Source: Candidatus Zixiibacteriota bacterium (GTDB lineage Bacteria > Zixibacteria > MSB-5A5 > SM23-73-2). Taken from it: DNA of 64,000 nucleotides. This document shows positions 21,295 to 32,311 of the stretch, piece by piece. Each line of letters starts with the position of its first letter. The first letter of the stretch is position 1. Made by a program: the position numbers and the translations under genes. The stretch covers positions 762 through 64,761 of the forward strand of contig JAUWYR010000008.1 in the NCBI GenBank assembly GCA_030615745.1, read 5' to 3'. The notes below the pieces were generated by a model. That model was not told where the DNA came from. It searched no databases and saw nothing but the letters and a program-made list of their open reading frames with translations.

Positions 21295-22359
21295 TCAAAC
21301 ATGCCTTTGTTTTAATCTTTTGACCTGTGCAATCCTTGCCTCCGCCATTAAATTGGCAGCCTCAGATGGTGGTAAGTCCTCTTTTTTTGATATCTCAATT
21401 ACCTTTTTCATCAGATCGTAGATCCCCCCTGCCTTTTTTAAAGCTCGTTCTTGACTAAATCCTTCGAGCTCATTTGCTACATTTATCATTCCACCAGCAC
21501 CTATAACAAAGTCTGGAGCATAAAAGATTTTTTTCTTATGCAAAATCCCACCATGTCGCTCTTTTTCTAATTGATTGTTTGCTGCTCCAGCGACTATTTT
21601 GACTTTTAGTCTTTCAATTGTCTTATCATTTATAATCCCTCCTAAGGCATTAGGAGAGAAGACATCAGCACAAACATCGTATACCTCATCTGGTTTTACA
21701 ATCTCAGCTCCGAATCTTTGTTTTGCAATCTCAGTTTTTTCCGGGATAATATCTGACACAAAAAGTCTACATTTCTCAGCACTTAAAAGCTCTGCTAAAT
21801 ACATACCAACATGACCTAATCCTTGAATAATAATTGAGGTTCCTCTCAAAGAATTTTTACCCGAAATCTCCTGAACGCAGGCTAAAAGCCCTGACTTTAC
21901 GCCTAAAGCTGTTACTGGGCCGGGATCGCCACTGCCACCTAAGGCATGAGAAAGACCACAAACATATCTTGTCTCATATCTCACAATCTCCATATCCTCA
22001 ACCGTTGTCCCAACATCTTCTGCAGTGATATATCTTCCATTCAAGCTCTCAACAAACCTGCCAAAAGCTCTTAAGATAAGCTCATTTTTATCCTTTTCTG
22101 AATCTCCGATAATCACACCCTGACCACCGCCCAAGTTAATCCCTGCTGCAGCAGCTTTATAGGTCATAGATTTTGAGAGCTTCAAAACATCTTCTAAAGC
22201 CTCATCTTCGGTGATATAAGGGAGCATCCTCACACCACCAATGGCCGGTCCTAAAGTGGTGTCGTGAATTGCAATTATCGAGCGCAATCCGGAGACCTTA
22301 TCAGAATAGAAAACCACTTGCTCGTGCTCTGACCTACCAATAGATTTGAATATCTCCAT
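21295..22359 (-). CDS. ldh: leucine (Glu/Leu/Phe/Val-type) dehydrogenase
   Basis: 'IIAIHDTTLGPAIGGVRM' active-site region; Rossmann 'GLGHVG'. Confidence 0.8.
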   Translation of the reverse strand: MEIFKSIGRSEHEQVVFYSDKVSGLRSIIAIHDTTLGPAIGGVRMLPYITEDEALEDVLKLSKSMTYKAAAAGINLGGGQGVIIGDSEKDKNELILRAFGRFVESLNGRYITAEDVGTTVEDMEIVRYETRYVCGLSHALGGSGDPGPVTALGVKSGLLACVQEISGKNSLRGTSIIIQGLGHVGMYLAELLSAEKCRLFVSDIIPEKTEIAKQRFGAEIVKPDEVYDVCADVFSPNALGGIINDKTIERLKVKIVAGAANNQLEKERHGGILHKKKIFYAPDFVIGAGGMINVANELEGFSQERALKKAGGIYDLMKKVIEISKKEDLPPSEAANLMAEARIAQVKRLKQRHV

Positions 22360-22378
22360 ACTTTTTAAAAATATGGAA

Positions 22379-23152
22379 TCAACTCCATTCAGGTTTTCTT
22401 TTCTCTAAAAAGGCAGACATCCCCTCTTTGGCTTCACCGGAGGCAAAACATTCTCCAAATGCCTCCACCTCAAAGGAGCTTCCAGTAGCAAAATCTGTCT
22501 CTATCCCCCTGCTTATAACCTTTTTTGCTAACCTCACAGCAGTTGGACCCTTAGAGGCTATTTTTTGTGCCATCTTAAAAGTTTGATCTAATAAATTATC
22601 GTGTGGCACCACCTGATTAACTAAACCAATGGACAAAGCAGTCTGAGCATCTATTATCTCACCAGTGAGGATAAGCTCTTTAGCTTTAGCTGTCCCCACC
22701 ATTCGAGCTAACCTCTGCGTCCCTGCGAATCCCGGAATCACACCTAAATTGACCTCAGGCTGTCCGAACTTAGCCTTATCAGATGCGACCCTGATATCAC
22801 ATGCCATAGCCAGCTCACACCCACCACCTAAAGCAAAGCCATTAACGCAAGCGATTACCGGCTTTTCCTGTGATTCGATTAAAGAGAAAACTTTTTGACC
22901 CATCTCGGAAAAATCTATCGCTTGTTGCTTGGTCATATCCTTCATCTCAGCAATATCTGCTCCTGCAACAAAAGATTTCCCCTCTCCGGTGATGATGATA
23001 ACCTTTATCTTATCATCTTTGCTCCATAGGTGAATCAGATCGTTTAGTTCGTGTATGGTCTGGATATTCAATGCATTTAATTGCTGTGGTCGGTTGATTT
23101 TTATTATACCAATATTATCCCTTATCTCAGTTAAGATATTTTTATAGTTCAC
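22379..23152 (-). CDS. enoyl-CoA hydratase (crotonase)
   Basis: 257 aa crotonase fold. Confidence 0.8.
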   Translation of the reverse strand: MNYKNILTEIRDNIGIIKINRPQQLNALNIQTIHELNDLIHLWSKDDKIKVIIITGEGKSFVAGADIAEMKDMTKQQAIDFSEMGQKVFSLIESQEKPVIACVNGFALGGGCELAMACDIRVASDKAKFGQPEVNLGVIPGFAGTQRLARMVGTAKAKELILTGEIIDAQTALSIGLVNQVVPHDNLLDQTFKMAQKIASKGPTAVRLAKKVISRGIETDFATGSSFEVEAFGECFASGEAKEGMSAFLEKRKPEWS

Positions 23153-23164
23153 ACATCCTCCTTT

Positions 23165-24298
23165 TTATTTTAAAATCTCCCTTGCTATGACTATCCTTTG
23201 AATCTCAGAAGTCCCTTCTCCAATCTCACAAAGCTTAATATCTCTGAAATATCTTTCTAAGGGATACTCTCTTAAATATCCATATCCTCCGAAAATCTGA
23301 ATAGCCTGATAACAGACCCATCTCCCTATCTCAGATGCATAAAGCTTAGCCATTGCTGATTCCTTGATATATGGTCTGTTTTTGTCCTTTAGCCGGCAAG
23401 CATAATAGATCAAATGCCGGGCTGCCTCTATTTTAGTAGCCATATCTGCGAGCTTCCACTGAATTGCTTGAAAGGAAGAAATCGGTTTTTCGAACTGAAT
23501 TCTTTCCTTAGCATATCTTAAAGCCATATCATAAGCTCCTTGGGCAATGCCCAAAGCCATTGCTCCAATACTCACCCTCCCCCCATCCAAGGTTATAAGA
23601 AATTGCTTGAAACCATCGCCCTCTTTTCCTAAAAGGTTCTCCTTGGGAACTTTAACATTCTCTAAAACAAGCTCTGCAGTATCCGACCCCCTTAATCCCA
23701 TCTTATTCTCTTTTTTCCCCACATTCAGACCGGGCATTCCCTTCTCCAAGATGAAATTACTGATTCCCTTAGAACCTTTGGTTGGGGCAGTCCTGGCAGT
23801 GATCACCATTATATCAGCCACGCTGGCATTGGTTATAAAACATTTCGAACCATTGATCAAATAATAATCACCAATCAATTTAGCAGTTGATTTTGTGGCA
23901 CCAGCATCTGAGCCTGCCTCAGTCTCGGTTAAACCAAATGCACCAATTTTTTTCCCTTTAGCCAAAGGTGGAATATATTTTTTTTTCTGCTCTTCGGTTC
24001 CAAAAAGATACAAGGGATAAACTGCTAAAGAATTATGTGCGGCAACTGTGATACCTGTTGAACCACATACTCTGGAGAGCTCCTCCACTGCTATGGCATA
24101 ACTTATCATGTCATCCCCGGTTCCACCATATTCTTCTGGAACCACCATCCCCATGATCCCTAACTCACCAAGTTTTTTGAAGTTATCATAAGGAAACTTT
24201 TGTTCCTCGTCGATCTCCTTTGCCTTAGGCTCAATATACCTTTCAGCGAACTCCTTTATTTTCTTTCTGAAGTTTTCATGTTTTTCCTCAAGTATCAT
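23165..24298 (-). CDS. acyl-CoA dehydrogenase
   Basis: 377 aa; C-terminal 'GGYGY...YFRD' ACAD motifs. Confidence 0.85.
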   Translation of the reverse strand: MILEEKHENFRKKIKEFAERYIEPKAKEIDEEQKFPYDNFKKLGELGIMGMVVPEEYGGTGDDMISYAIAVEELSRVCGSTGITVAAHNSLAVYPLYLFGTEEQKKKYIPPLAKGKKIGAFGLTETEAGSDAGATKSTAKLIGDYYLINGSKCFITNASVADIMVITARTAPTKGSKGISNFILEKGMPGLNVGKKENKMGLRGSDTAELVLENVKVPKENLLGKEGDGFKQFLITLDGGRVSIGAMALGIAQGAYDMALRYAKERIQFEKPISSFQAIQWKLADMATKIEAARHLIYYACRLKDKNRPYIKESAMAKLYASEIGRWVCYQAIQIFGGYGYLREYPLERYFRDIKLCEIGEGTSEIQRIVIAREILK

Positions 24299-24306
24299 TT
24301 TTTCTC

Positions 24307-25446
24307 CTACTTCAAAAGACCTTTTGAGATAACAATTCTTTGTGCTTCTGATGTTCCTTCATAGATTTCAGTGACACGAGCATCTCTAAAATATCTCTCA
24401 ACAGCATATTCCTTCATATAACCGTATCCCCCATGGATTTGCACTGCCTCGTTCACCACCATATTTGCAACCTCTGAGGCGAAAACCTTAGCCATCGAAG
24501 CCTCAACCGAACATCTTATATTCTTGCTTTTCAGATGTGCTGCCCGATAAACTAAAAGCCTGGCTGCATCTATCTGGGTTGCCATATCAGCTAATTTGAA
24601 CTGTATTGCCTGAAAATTACAAATCGGTTGACCAAACTGGACCCTCTGTTTAGAGTATTCCAAAGCTTCATCAAGAGCTGCCTGTGCAATTCCCACAGAT
24701 TGAGCACCTACCCCAATTCTCCCTGAATCAAGAAGGGTTAAGGCGATCCTTAATCCGTGGTTTTGTTCACCCAAAAGATTTTCCTTTGGTATCTTGCAAT
24801 CCTCAAATGAAAGCTCCCTTGTATCAGATCCCCTTATTCCCATCTTCTTCTCCTTAGCTCCGATATTTAAACTCTCTACATTTTTTTCAACCAAAAGGCA
24901 GGAGATCCCTTTTGATTTAGCTTCAGGATTGGTTAAGGCAAAAAAGACAAAAAGATCAGCGATTCCACCATTGGTAACAAACGACTTTGTGCCGTTAATC
25001 AAATAGTAGTCTTTATTTAAAAGAGCAGTGGTCTTTAAACTTCCTGCATCGGTTCCAGCAGATGGCTCGGTAAGTGAATAGGCACCTATCCATTCTCCCT
25101 TGGCTAATTTTGGAAGATATTTCTCTTTTTGTTTCTCTGTGCCGAATTGAAAAATAGCATCACACACTAATGAATTATGAACAGAAAGCGAAATCTCCAA
25201 TGCAGCGCAAGCCTTGGCAAACTCCTCCATCACCAGAATATAGCTTATAAAGTCGAGATTAGAACCGCCATATTTCTCAGGCAACATCATCCCCATATAT
25301 CCGAGCTCAGAAAGCTCCTTATAAATCTCTTTGGGAATCTCCTCCTTCTCATCGAACTCTTGGGCTAAAGGCGCTAATCTTTTTTGTGCAAACTTTTTGG
25401 CTTCCTCTTTTATCATCCTCTGATCTTCAGTAAGTTTAAAATCCAT
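24307..25446 (-). CDS. acyl-CoA dehydrogenase
   Basis: 379 aa ACAD fold. Confidence 0.85.
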   Translation of the reverse strand: MDFKLTEDQRMIKEEAKKFAQKRLAPLAQEFDEKEEIPKEIYKELSELGYMGMMLPEKYGGSNLDFISYILVMEEFAKACAALEISLSVHNSLVCDAIFQFGTEKQKEKYLPKLAKGEWIGAYSLTEPSAGTDAGSLKTTALLNKDYYLINGTKSFVTNGGIADLFVFFALTNPEAKSKGISCLLVEKNVESLNIGAKEKKMGIRGSDTRELSFEDCKIPKENLLGEQNHGLRIALTLLDSGRIGVGAQSVGIAQAALDEALEYSKQRVQFGQPICNFQAIQFKLADMATQIDAARLLVYRAAHLKSKNIRCSVEASMAKVFASEVANMVVNEAVQIHGGYGYMKEYAVERYFRDARVTEIYEGTSEAQRIVISKGLLK

Positions 25447-25487
25447 ATATCCTCCTATTAACAGGATTTAACATAACGCTTCTTTAC

Positions 25488-26735
25488 TTAATCAGCTCTT
25501 TTAAAAATCATCGCAGTTACAGTTCGATCGTTTCCTCCCATTGAGATCATCAAAGCATATGGTTTGTCCGTATTGATTTTCACCTGGCAATCACCAGCTT
25601 TTTCAGTAAGTTGATGAACACAGTCAACCGCCTGCCTTACTCCTGTGCCACCAGTATAATGACCAAATCCGATCAATCCACCGGTTGCATTTGTGGAAAT
25701 CTCTGAGTTCAAATTTGTTTTTCCCTCTTGAACATAGGCAGATGCTTCCCCATATTTGACAAAACCAGTAGCTTCTAAGGCTAAAAGCCCGCCTATGGTG
25801 AAACAATCGTGAAGTTCTAATACTCCAATATCCTCTGGCCCAAGACCTGACATCTCATAAGCTTTTTGGACTGCCTTTTTCGTAGTTGACATTATGGTTA
25901 AGTCCTCAGGCAATTTCGTGACATCAGCAACAGCAGTTCCGAAACCAACAACTTCAATTGCATCCTTTTTATCAACTCCAATCTTTTTCAATCCATCCTC
26001 CGAAGCGAAGATCAAAGCGGATGCACCATCAGAGACTTTTGAACAGTCATAAACGTTCAGATGGTCAACAAAGGCTTTAGGATTAGGAGGAGTCATACCT
26101 AAAGCAAATAAATCCTCCGCGGTGTTATGGTATTCCTGAGCCTTAGGATTTCTTCTCGCATTTTCAACAGCCTGCTTATACCAAGACGCCATCCCTTTTC
26201 TCATATACTCATAGCCAAATTTTTCATAACATGCTCCGGCTCTGTCAGAGAATTGACCCGGGAAAAAGTAAGCGTGTCCATTTTTTCTCTGGGAAAGATA
26301 ATGCCCTGCTCCACCTAAAATATCCGCTCCATAGATCGCCTTGTAAGTGTTCTGCACCTCTACGCCGATGGTCAAAACAACGTCTGAAATTTCAGAGGCG
26401 ACCGATTTTATCGAGGTCAGCAAGCCCAGCCCACCTGAACCACAGGCGCCCTCAACTCTGGTATGAGGCTTGTATTCCAAGGAGGGATGAATGGTTGGAA
26501 TTAGAGCAGCTAAATTTCCCTGTTTGTTAAATCTTGCTGCCATGAAATTAGCTATTATCCCCTCATCGATGTTCTCAGGGTCATTTATCTGAGCTATAAC
26601 ACTCTTTCCAGCATCCTGAATATAATACTCAAGCCCGGGTCTGGGTTTTTTTGGATGGAATTCTTTTCTTCCTGTGCCTAAAGATATGGTGTTACAACCA
26701 CAGGTGGCATAAACTTTTTTTCTCGGCTTCCTCAT
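25488..26735 (-). CDS. thiolase-family protein (SCP-x-like 3-ketoacyl-CoA thiolase)
   Basis: Active-site Cys region 'EGACGSGG'; C-terminal 'GFGHYTGGTG'. Confidence 0.7.
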   Translation of the reverse strand: MRKPRKKVYATCGCNTISLGTGRKEFHPKKPRPGLEYYIQDAGKSVIAQINDPENIDEGIIANFMAARFNKQGNLAALIPTIHPSLEYKPHTRVEGACGSGGLGLLTSIKSVASEISDVVLTIGVEVQNTYKAIYGADILGGAGHYLSQRKNGHAYFFPGQFSDRAGACYEKFGYEYMRKGMASWYKQAVENARRNPKAQEYHNTAEDLFALGMTPPNPKAFVDHLNVYDCSKVSDGASALIFASEDGLKKIGVDKKDAIEVVGFGTAVADVTKLPEDLTIMSTTKKAVQKAYEMSGLGPEDIGVLELHDCFTIGGLLALEATGFVKYGEASAYVQEGKTNLNSEISTNATGGLIGFGHYTGGTGVRQAVDCVHQLTEKAGDCQVKINTDKPYALMISMGGNDRTVTAMIFKRAD

Positions 26736-26753
26736 CTTTTTCCTCCTTCTGTT

Positions 26754-28094
26754 TTAAATGTAGTTGTTTATTGGTCCATATAAATGATAAAATCCATTCA
26801 ACAAAACTTTGTTCACATCATCAGCTGAATTGGCAACCTTGGAATCAACCAGCCTCTGTCCAATCTGTTTTGAATTTCTCAGATATGCTAATGCCAGTTT
26901 TGCTCCCAGGGTATCTTTTGCCTTTAAATTCTTAAAAAACTCAGAAAGCTTTTCATTCTTTTTAGGATCCATTAAAAGTTTTCTCCAGGGATAAAAACCT
27001 TGAGGATAATCTCCTATTTTTTTATCTAATTCACCAGTCCATCCATCTGGGTCAAATATCTTGTATTCACCTTTGTCGATATCATATACCCCGGCTGGTC
27101 TTCCTTTTTCATATTTTAAAAATCCATCCTTCTGGGAGCCATCAGCCCTCTGACCACCAAGAACCTTTTTATCCACCATTCTCTTCAGAAGCTCCTCCTT
27201 AAGATTCTCTCCCTCGATATACGAGTCAACCGTGTCAGAGATACATTGATAAACATCCACTCCCACATAATCTATCAATTGAAAAATACCCATTGGACGA
27301 ACTAAAAGGTCACGGCTGATCTTATCCATTATGTAAATTCCACCAGGAAGGGAAAAGTCTTTGGCTAATTTTTTGGCTTCTGATATTGCAAAAAGACCGT
27401 CCCTTAGGAAATGACCATTTCCGATAAAGCCTGCTATATCGTTAGCAGAAACAATGACTTTGCGGAGCCTTTTTGCAAGCTCAGAGGAGAACTCTTTTAG
27501 CTCAGGAATTGTCTTTTCACAAGATATTAATTCAGCAAGCCTTTGAACAACTGGAGGATTATAAAAATGAAATCCGATTATTCTGCCGTCTAAGTTTGCC
27601 TCTTCATTTAAGATATGAATGGGTATTGAAGAAGTATTGGTAAGATAGATAGTATCCTTTGCACAGAGGTTATCAAGCTTTTTCAGAAGGTCTACCTTTA
27701 AATCTTTGTTCTCTATCACAGCCTCGAATACGACCTTTGAATCTTTTGCCATGTTCAAGTCTGTGTTCACCCTTATGACTGAGAACGCATCATCCACAAA
27801 CTGAGGTATGATATCAAAATTCTCAACAAGGTCTTCTCTATCCTTATACAAATTCCTTAAAATAATTGTTGTCTTTTCACCTATTTTGGTGAGTTGAGCC
27901 TTAAGATAAACCCAAAGCCCGTCCAATGCATCATCGTTAACATCGATTAAGTTCAGACGGTATTTTGTTCCTTCATTCTCAGGGAGATTTTTAGCCTTAG
28001 CCATCTCCGCGGCTAAAAGCAAAGCGATACCTGATCCCATTTTACCAGCCGCCCCTAAAACCGAAACGTTTTGCAATCTTTGGTCAAAATTCAT
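26754..28094 (-). CDS. 3-hydroxyacyl-CoA dehydrogenase family
   Basis: N-terminal NAD fold 'VSVLGAAGKMGSGIA'; 446 aa. Confidence 0.7.
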   Translation of the reverse strand: MNFDQRLQNVSVLGAAGKMGSGIALLLAAEMAKAKNLPENEGTKYRLNLIDVNDDALDGLWVYLKAQLTKIGEKTTIILRNLYKDREDLVENFDIIPQFVDDAFSVIRVNTDLNMAKDSKVVFEAVIENKDLKVDLLKKLDNLCAKDTIYLTNTSSIPIHILNEEANLDGRIIGFHFYNPPVVQRLAELISCEKTIPELKEFSSELAKRLRKVIVSANDIAGFIGNGHFLRDGLFAISEAKKLAKDFSLPGGIYIMDKISRDLLVRPMGIFQLIDYVGVDVYQCISDTVDSYIEGENLKEELLKRMVDKKVLGGQRADGSQKDGFLKYEKGRPAGVYDIDKGEYKIFDPDGWTGELDKKIGDYPQGFYPWRKLLMDPKKNEKLSEFFKNLKAKDTLGAKLALAYLRNSKQIGQRLVDSKVANSADDVNKVLLNGFYHLYGPINNYI

Positions 28095-28524
28095 AGTAAA
28101 ACCTCCATAGTTTTTTGTTCTCCTTGTTACTTAAACTCCTTTAGTTACTTTTTTATCCATATTGAATGATAACATCCAAAAGGAACAGGAAGAATAATCT
28201 TTAACCTCGACTCATTCAATTATCCTTTGTTCGAAGGGGATGTTATCATCCCCTTCTCTCAGTTATAAACATACATTATCATCCTCGCTTGAGATTTTTT
28301 TCACATACTCTGTCAAAAAAATAAAATCATTTGGAGTGTAAACCTTCAGGTTTACTTGTTATCAGCAAAACTAAAGCTCTGCAATCCACAATTAATCACG
28401 ATGACTTCAATCCTTTTCACACCTTACGAAAGACCACTTTGTCAAATCTTAGTATAATAAAAACCTTCTTTCAAAACAACTAAAAAATGAAGATTTTGTG
28501 GAAAAAAACAAGTCTTCTGCCTTT

Positions 28525-29031
28525 TTAATCTTTTACTTCAAGTTCAAGAATCGGCTCCTCAGTGTCAACTAAGTCATCTTCTTTAAAATTTATCTTTTTC
28601 ACAAACCCCTCTATCGAGGCTCTTATCTCGTGTTCCATCTTCATCGCCTCAACAATGGCAAGGCTCTGATTTTTTCTGACCTTTTCTCCCTCTTCCACCA
28701 AGATTTTTAGAATTTTACCGGGCATAGGGGCACATATTGCTTTTTTCCCCTCAATGTCAACCCCCTCTCTTTCAAATCTTTTCTCTTTTTTTGACTCAGC
28801 TTCCTGAATCACAAACTTTTCACCGCCAACAGAAAGATGAATCTTTTTTTCATGAAAAGCCATATAAAAAGGATAAGTCTTCTCATCGATTACCAATAAA
28901 AAAGAGTTTGGGTCTATAATCTCGCAAAAAGCCTCAATTCTTTTTTTCCCAAGATCGATAATATATTTCCCATCTTTTGGTTCAACAGATACCTTGTGAA
29001 TTTCACCATCTATAATAAGTTCATATTCCAT
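28525..29031 (-). CDS. biotin carboxyl carrier protein (biotinyl domain)
   Basis: 'AIVEAMKMEHEI' biotinylation motif. Confidence 0.75.
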   Translation of the reverse strand: MEYELIIDGEIHKVSVEPKDGKYIIDLGKKRIEAFCEIIDPNSFLLVIDEKTYPFYMAFHEKKIHLSVGGEKFVIQEAESKKEKRFEREGVDIEGKKAICAPMPGKILKILVEEGEKVRKNQSLAIVEAMKMEHEIRASIEGFVKKINFKEDDLVDTEEPILELEVKD

Positions 29032-29057
29032 ATAAAATTAATATTTAAAGTTTTACT

Positions 29058-30554
29058 TTAAGCTCCAATCTCCCAATTCCCTAAAGATAGCCAGGGATCG
29101 AACATTAGTTTCTTCTCTACTCTTGCTCCTTTTTTACCTTTGTTGAGCATCCCAATCGCAGCCCCTATCAATGCCTGCTCCACAAATTTTTTCTTCCCCT
29201 TTTTCTCTTTCCAATCGCTTAAATATTTTGGGATGAAATCAGTGTGTGTATTCCCAGAGATGAATTCGGGGTGCAACATCAAATCCCTCAAAAAATCTAT
29301 CTGGGTCTTTATTCCCAGGATAACATAGCCGGATAAAGCCATAATCATCTTCTTTCTTGCTTCCTCTCTTGTCTCAGCCCAACAGATAAGCTTAGCTAAA
29401 ATAGGGTCATAATGCATCGTAACATCTAAACCAGAATAAAGGGATGAATCATTCCTTATTCCTGGACCACAAGGCTCTTTTACAAATAAAATCTTACCAA
29501 AGGATGGTAAAAAATCATTTTCAGGGTCCTCAGCATATATCCTGCACTCAATTGCATGACCCCTTTGCGAAAGTTTTTCTTGTTTGAATGTTAGTTTTTC
29601 TCCAGAAGCGATTCTTATCTGTGATTTGACCAGATCGATTCCAATTGTAAGCTCTGTTATGGGATGCTCCACCTGAACTCTGGCATTGACTTCGAGAAAA
29701 TAATAGTTTTTATCCTTGTCCAAAAGGAACTCAACTGTCCCGGCATTGGTATATCCTGTTGTTTTGATAACTTTAACCGCGACCTCACCCATCTTCTCTC
29801 TAAGTTCAGGAGTTAAAATAGTTGAAGGTGTTTCCTCAACTATTTTCTGATGTCTTCTCTGAATTGAGCATTCCCTTTCAAATAGATGAACAACATTTCC
29901 ATGATAGTCAGCTAAAACTTGGAATTCAATATGTCTCGGCTGTTGGATATATTTTTCTAAATAAACCGACTCATCTCCAAAAGCTGATTTAGCCTCTCTC
30001 ATCCCGGCTTCAACTGATGATTTAAGCTCCTCTTTTGAGTTGATGATTCTCATCCCTTTTCCTCCACCACCAGCAGAAGCCTTTAATAAAACCGGATAAC
30101 CGATTTTTTCTGCCTGGTTTATAAAATCGTCCAGGTTTTCGCCTTTAGCTTTCATCCCGGGTATAATAGGAATTTTAGCTTGGGTCATAGTCTTTCTTGA
30201 CTCCACCTTATCCCCAACTAAGGCTAAAGCTTTTGAGTTGGGTCCGATGAAAATTATCTTCTCTGTCTCACATCTTTTTGCGAACTCCGAATTTTCAGCC
30301 AAAAATCCATAACCCGGATGAATTGCACAAGCTTTTGTCATCCTGGCAACTTCTATGATTTTATCCATATTAAGATAGCTTTCAAGAGGAGCAGGTGATC
30401 CTAAAAGATATGCCTCATCAGCCAACTGCACATGTAAAGCCTTTCGGTCAACTTCAGAATAGACAGCAACAGTCGAAATCCCCATCTCCTTACAAGCGCG
30501 GATAATTCTTACAGCTATCTCGCCTCGATTAGCAATAAGTATTTTATTGATCAT
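29058..30554 (-). CDS. biotin carboxylase subunit of an acyl-CoA carboxylase
   Basis: 'ILIANRGEIAVRIIRAC' N-terminus, ATP-grasp, 498 aa. Confidence 0.85.
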   Translation of the reverse strand: MINKILIANRGEIAVRIIRACKEMGISTVAVYSEVDRKALHVQLADEAYLLGSPAPLESYLNMDKIIEVARMTKACAIHPGYGFLAENSEFAKRCETEKIIFIGPNSKALALVGDKVESRKTMTQAKIPIIPGMKAKGENLDDFINQAEKIGYPVLLKASAGGGGKGMRIINSKEELKSSVEAGMREAKSAFGDESVYLEKYIQQPRHIEFQVLADYHGNVVHLFERECSIQRRHQKIVEETPSTILTPELREKMGEVAVKVIKTTGYTNAGTVEFLLDKDKNYYFLEVNARVQVEHPITELTIGIDLVKSQIRIASGEKLTFKQEKLSQRGHAIECRIYAEDPENDFLPSFGKILFVKEPCGPGIRNDSSLYSGLDVTMHYDPILAKLICWAETREEARKKMIMALSGYVILGIKTQIDFLRDLMLHPEFISGNTHTDFIPKYLSDWKEKKGKKKFVEQALIGAAIGMLNKGKKGARVEKKLMFDPWLSLGNWEIGA

Positions 30555-30556
30555 AT

Positions 30557-31276
30557 CTATCTATTAAATTCTACACTTTCTAAAAGCTCTTTAAGTTTGA
30601 TTAATTTTTTACCTAAGTCTTTTGATTTCTCCTTAATCCTTTTATCCTCAATCTGTCCTAAGCTCGATATAAGCAAATCTAAATAGACAGAAAATCCTCC
30701 GGGACGAGAAAAAGGATGATCCAGCTCTGAAAAAGAGATTAAGGTCTCATTTATGTTATCTAATAAATCGGTTAACTTCTCCTTTTTTTCCTTCTTTAAA
30801 TTACAACTATGTAGTTCCTCTCTAAATTCGATAAAATGTCCAATAATACCGAAAATCAAAATCTTGAAAGCATATTCAGGGCTCATTTCCTCCAGTGCTT
30901 CCATATCCACAAAGCTTCTTCCCCAAATAGACTTTTCATTTATTAATCGTTCTTCTTTTGATTCTTTACCGAGGTGTTTATCATAACTTTCGCTTATCAT
31001 TTCATCTTCACCCTCTGTAAAGTAATCATCCTCCTTATCAAAAACAATGAAACCGCCCTCCTTTTTATTCATCTGACAAAGGGGGCAATCGTCATGAAAA
31101 TGATCTTCTAATGAGAATTCATCCTCTCTTTGCTTAATGGTCTTCTCGTCCGGGTTATCAAGATGAACTAAGCAGAAATTGTCTATTATAGAATAGGGAA
31201 CCTTAGATCCAAAATGAATTTCTATGTACTTATCAAGGCTACCATATTCCTCAATTATTTCATCTATCCATTTCAT
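30557..31276 (-). CDS. hypothetical acidic protein with CxxC pair, embedded in carboxylase operon
   Basis: ORF only; 'HDDCPLCQ'. Confidence 0.4.
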   Translation of the reverse strand: MKWIDEIIEEYGSLDKYIEIHFGSKVPYSIIDNFCLVHLDNPDEKTIKQREDEFSLEDHFHDDCPLCQMNKKEGGFIVFDKEDDYFTEGEDEMISESYDKHLGKESKEERLINEKSIWGRSFVDMEALEEMSPEYAFKILIFGIIGHFIEFREELHSCNLKKEKKEKLTDLLDNINETLISFSELDHPFSRPGGFSVYLDLLISSLGQIEDKRIKEKSKDLGKKLIKLKELLESVEFNR

Positions 31277-31415
31277 TTTATTTCAAGCTGTCAGGTGGTA
31301 ACACCTGACAGCACCTACCGATAACTCTTTTTTTATTTTAGTGTCAGGAGTTATCTCCTAGATATATATAACGTTCCTGTGGTGTCGGGAGTTACCTCCT
31401 GACACATAAAAGATT

Positions 31416-32213
31416 CTATTCTTTCACCCACTTAGGCTTCCTCTTTTCAAAAAAAGCGCTCATCCCTTCCTGACCTTCCTCACTTACCCTTAATTTTGCA
31501 ATCACCTCCGCAGTATATTTTTTTGCCTGATCAAAGCTCATCTGGGGAACTTTCGAAAGTAAATCCTTGCACATAGCCAAAGCATTAGGTCCGCTGGAGG
31601 TGAGCTTTTTAACCAAATCATCCGTTACCTGATCTAACTTGTCATGAGGAACAACCTGGTTAACCAATCCTAATTCAAATCCCTTTTTAGCATCAATCCT
31701 TTGGCCGGTTAAAAACAGCTCCCGGCATACCCTCTCCCCTACCCTTCTTAAAACATAGGGAGAAATACAGGCTGGAACCAGACCTAATTTCACCTCCGAT
31801 AAGCTGAACTTTGCTTTCTCTGAGGCGATCACCAGATCACATACCGAAACTAACCCAGCTCCACCCCCAATGGCGGCTCCATTAACCTTAGCTATAACCG
31901 GTTTGGGTAGTGTATACATAATATAAAAAAGCTCAGCTAAAGCCAATGACTCTTTGATATTCTCCTCATAAGAGAAATCGATTATCTTTTTCATCCAGTT
32001 CAAATCCGCCCCAGCACAGAAGGATTTGCCATTACCGGTTAAAACTATTACTCTAATCTCTTTGTCGTCCTTTATCTCTTTGAAAACTTGGGTGAGCTCA
32101 GAGATCATGACCTCGTTGAAAGCGTTATGGATTTCCGGGCGATTTAGATTAACTCTTGCGATGAGGTTATCAACTGAAAAGATTATTGTTTGAAAAAATT
32201 TTTTGTCTGTCAA
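31416..32213 (-). CDS. enoyl-CoA hydratase (methylglutaconyl-CoA-hydratase-like by context)
   Basis: 265 aa crotonase fold, between carboxyltransferase and biotin carboxylase genes. Confidence 0.7.
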   Translation of the reverse strand: MTDKKFFQTIIFSVDNLIARVNLNRPEIHNAFNEVMISELTQVFKEIKDDKEIRVIVLTGNGKSFCAGADLNWMKKIIDFSYEENIKESLALAELFYIMYTLPKPVIAKVNGAAIGGGAGLVSVCDLVIASEKAKFSLSEVKLGLVPACISPYVLRRVGERVCRELFLTGQRIDAKKGFELGLVNQVVPHDKLDQVTDDLVKKLTSSGPNALAMCKDLLSKVPQMSFDQAKKYTAEVIAKLRVSEEGQEGMSAFFEKRKPKWVKE

Positions 32214-32311
32214 AACTCATCTCCCTCTAAAACAAAAACGTAGGGACAGACCTTTCCGCCAGAGGCGGATCTGCCTAAGGCATGACAGGTCTGTCTTAAG
32301 ATTATAACTAT

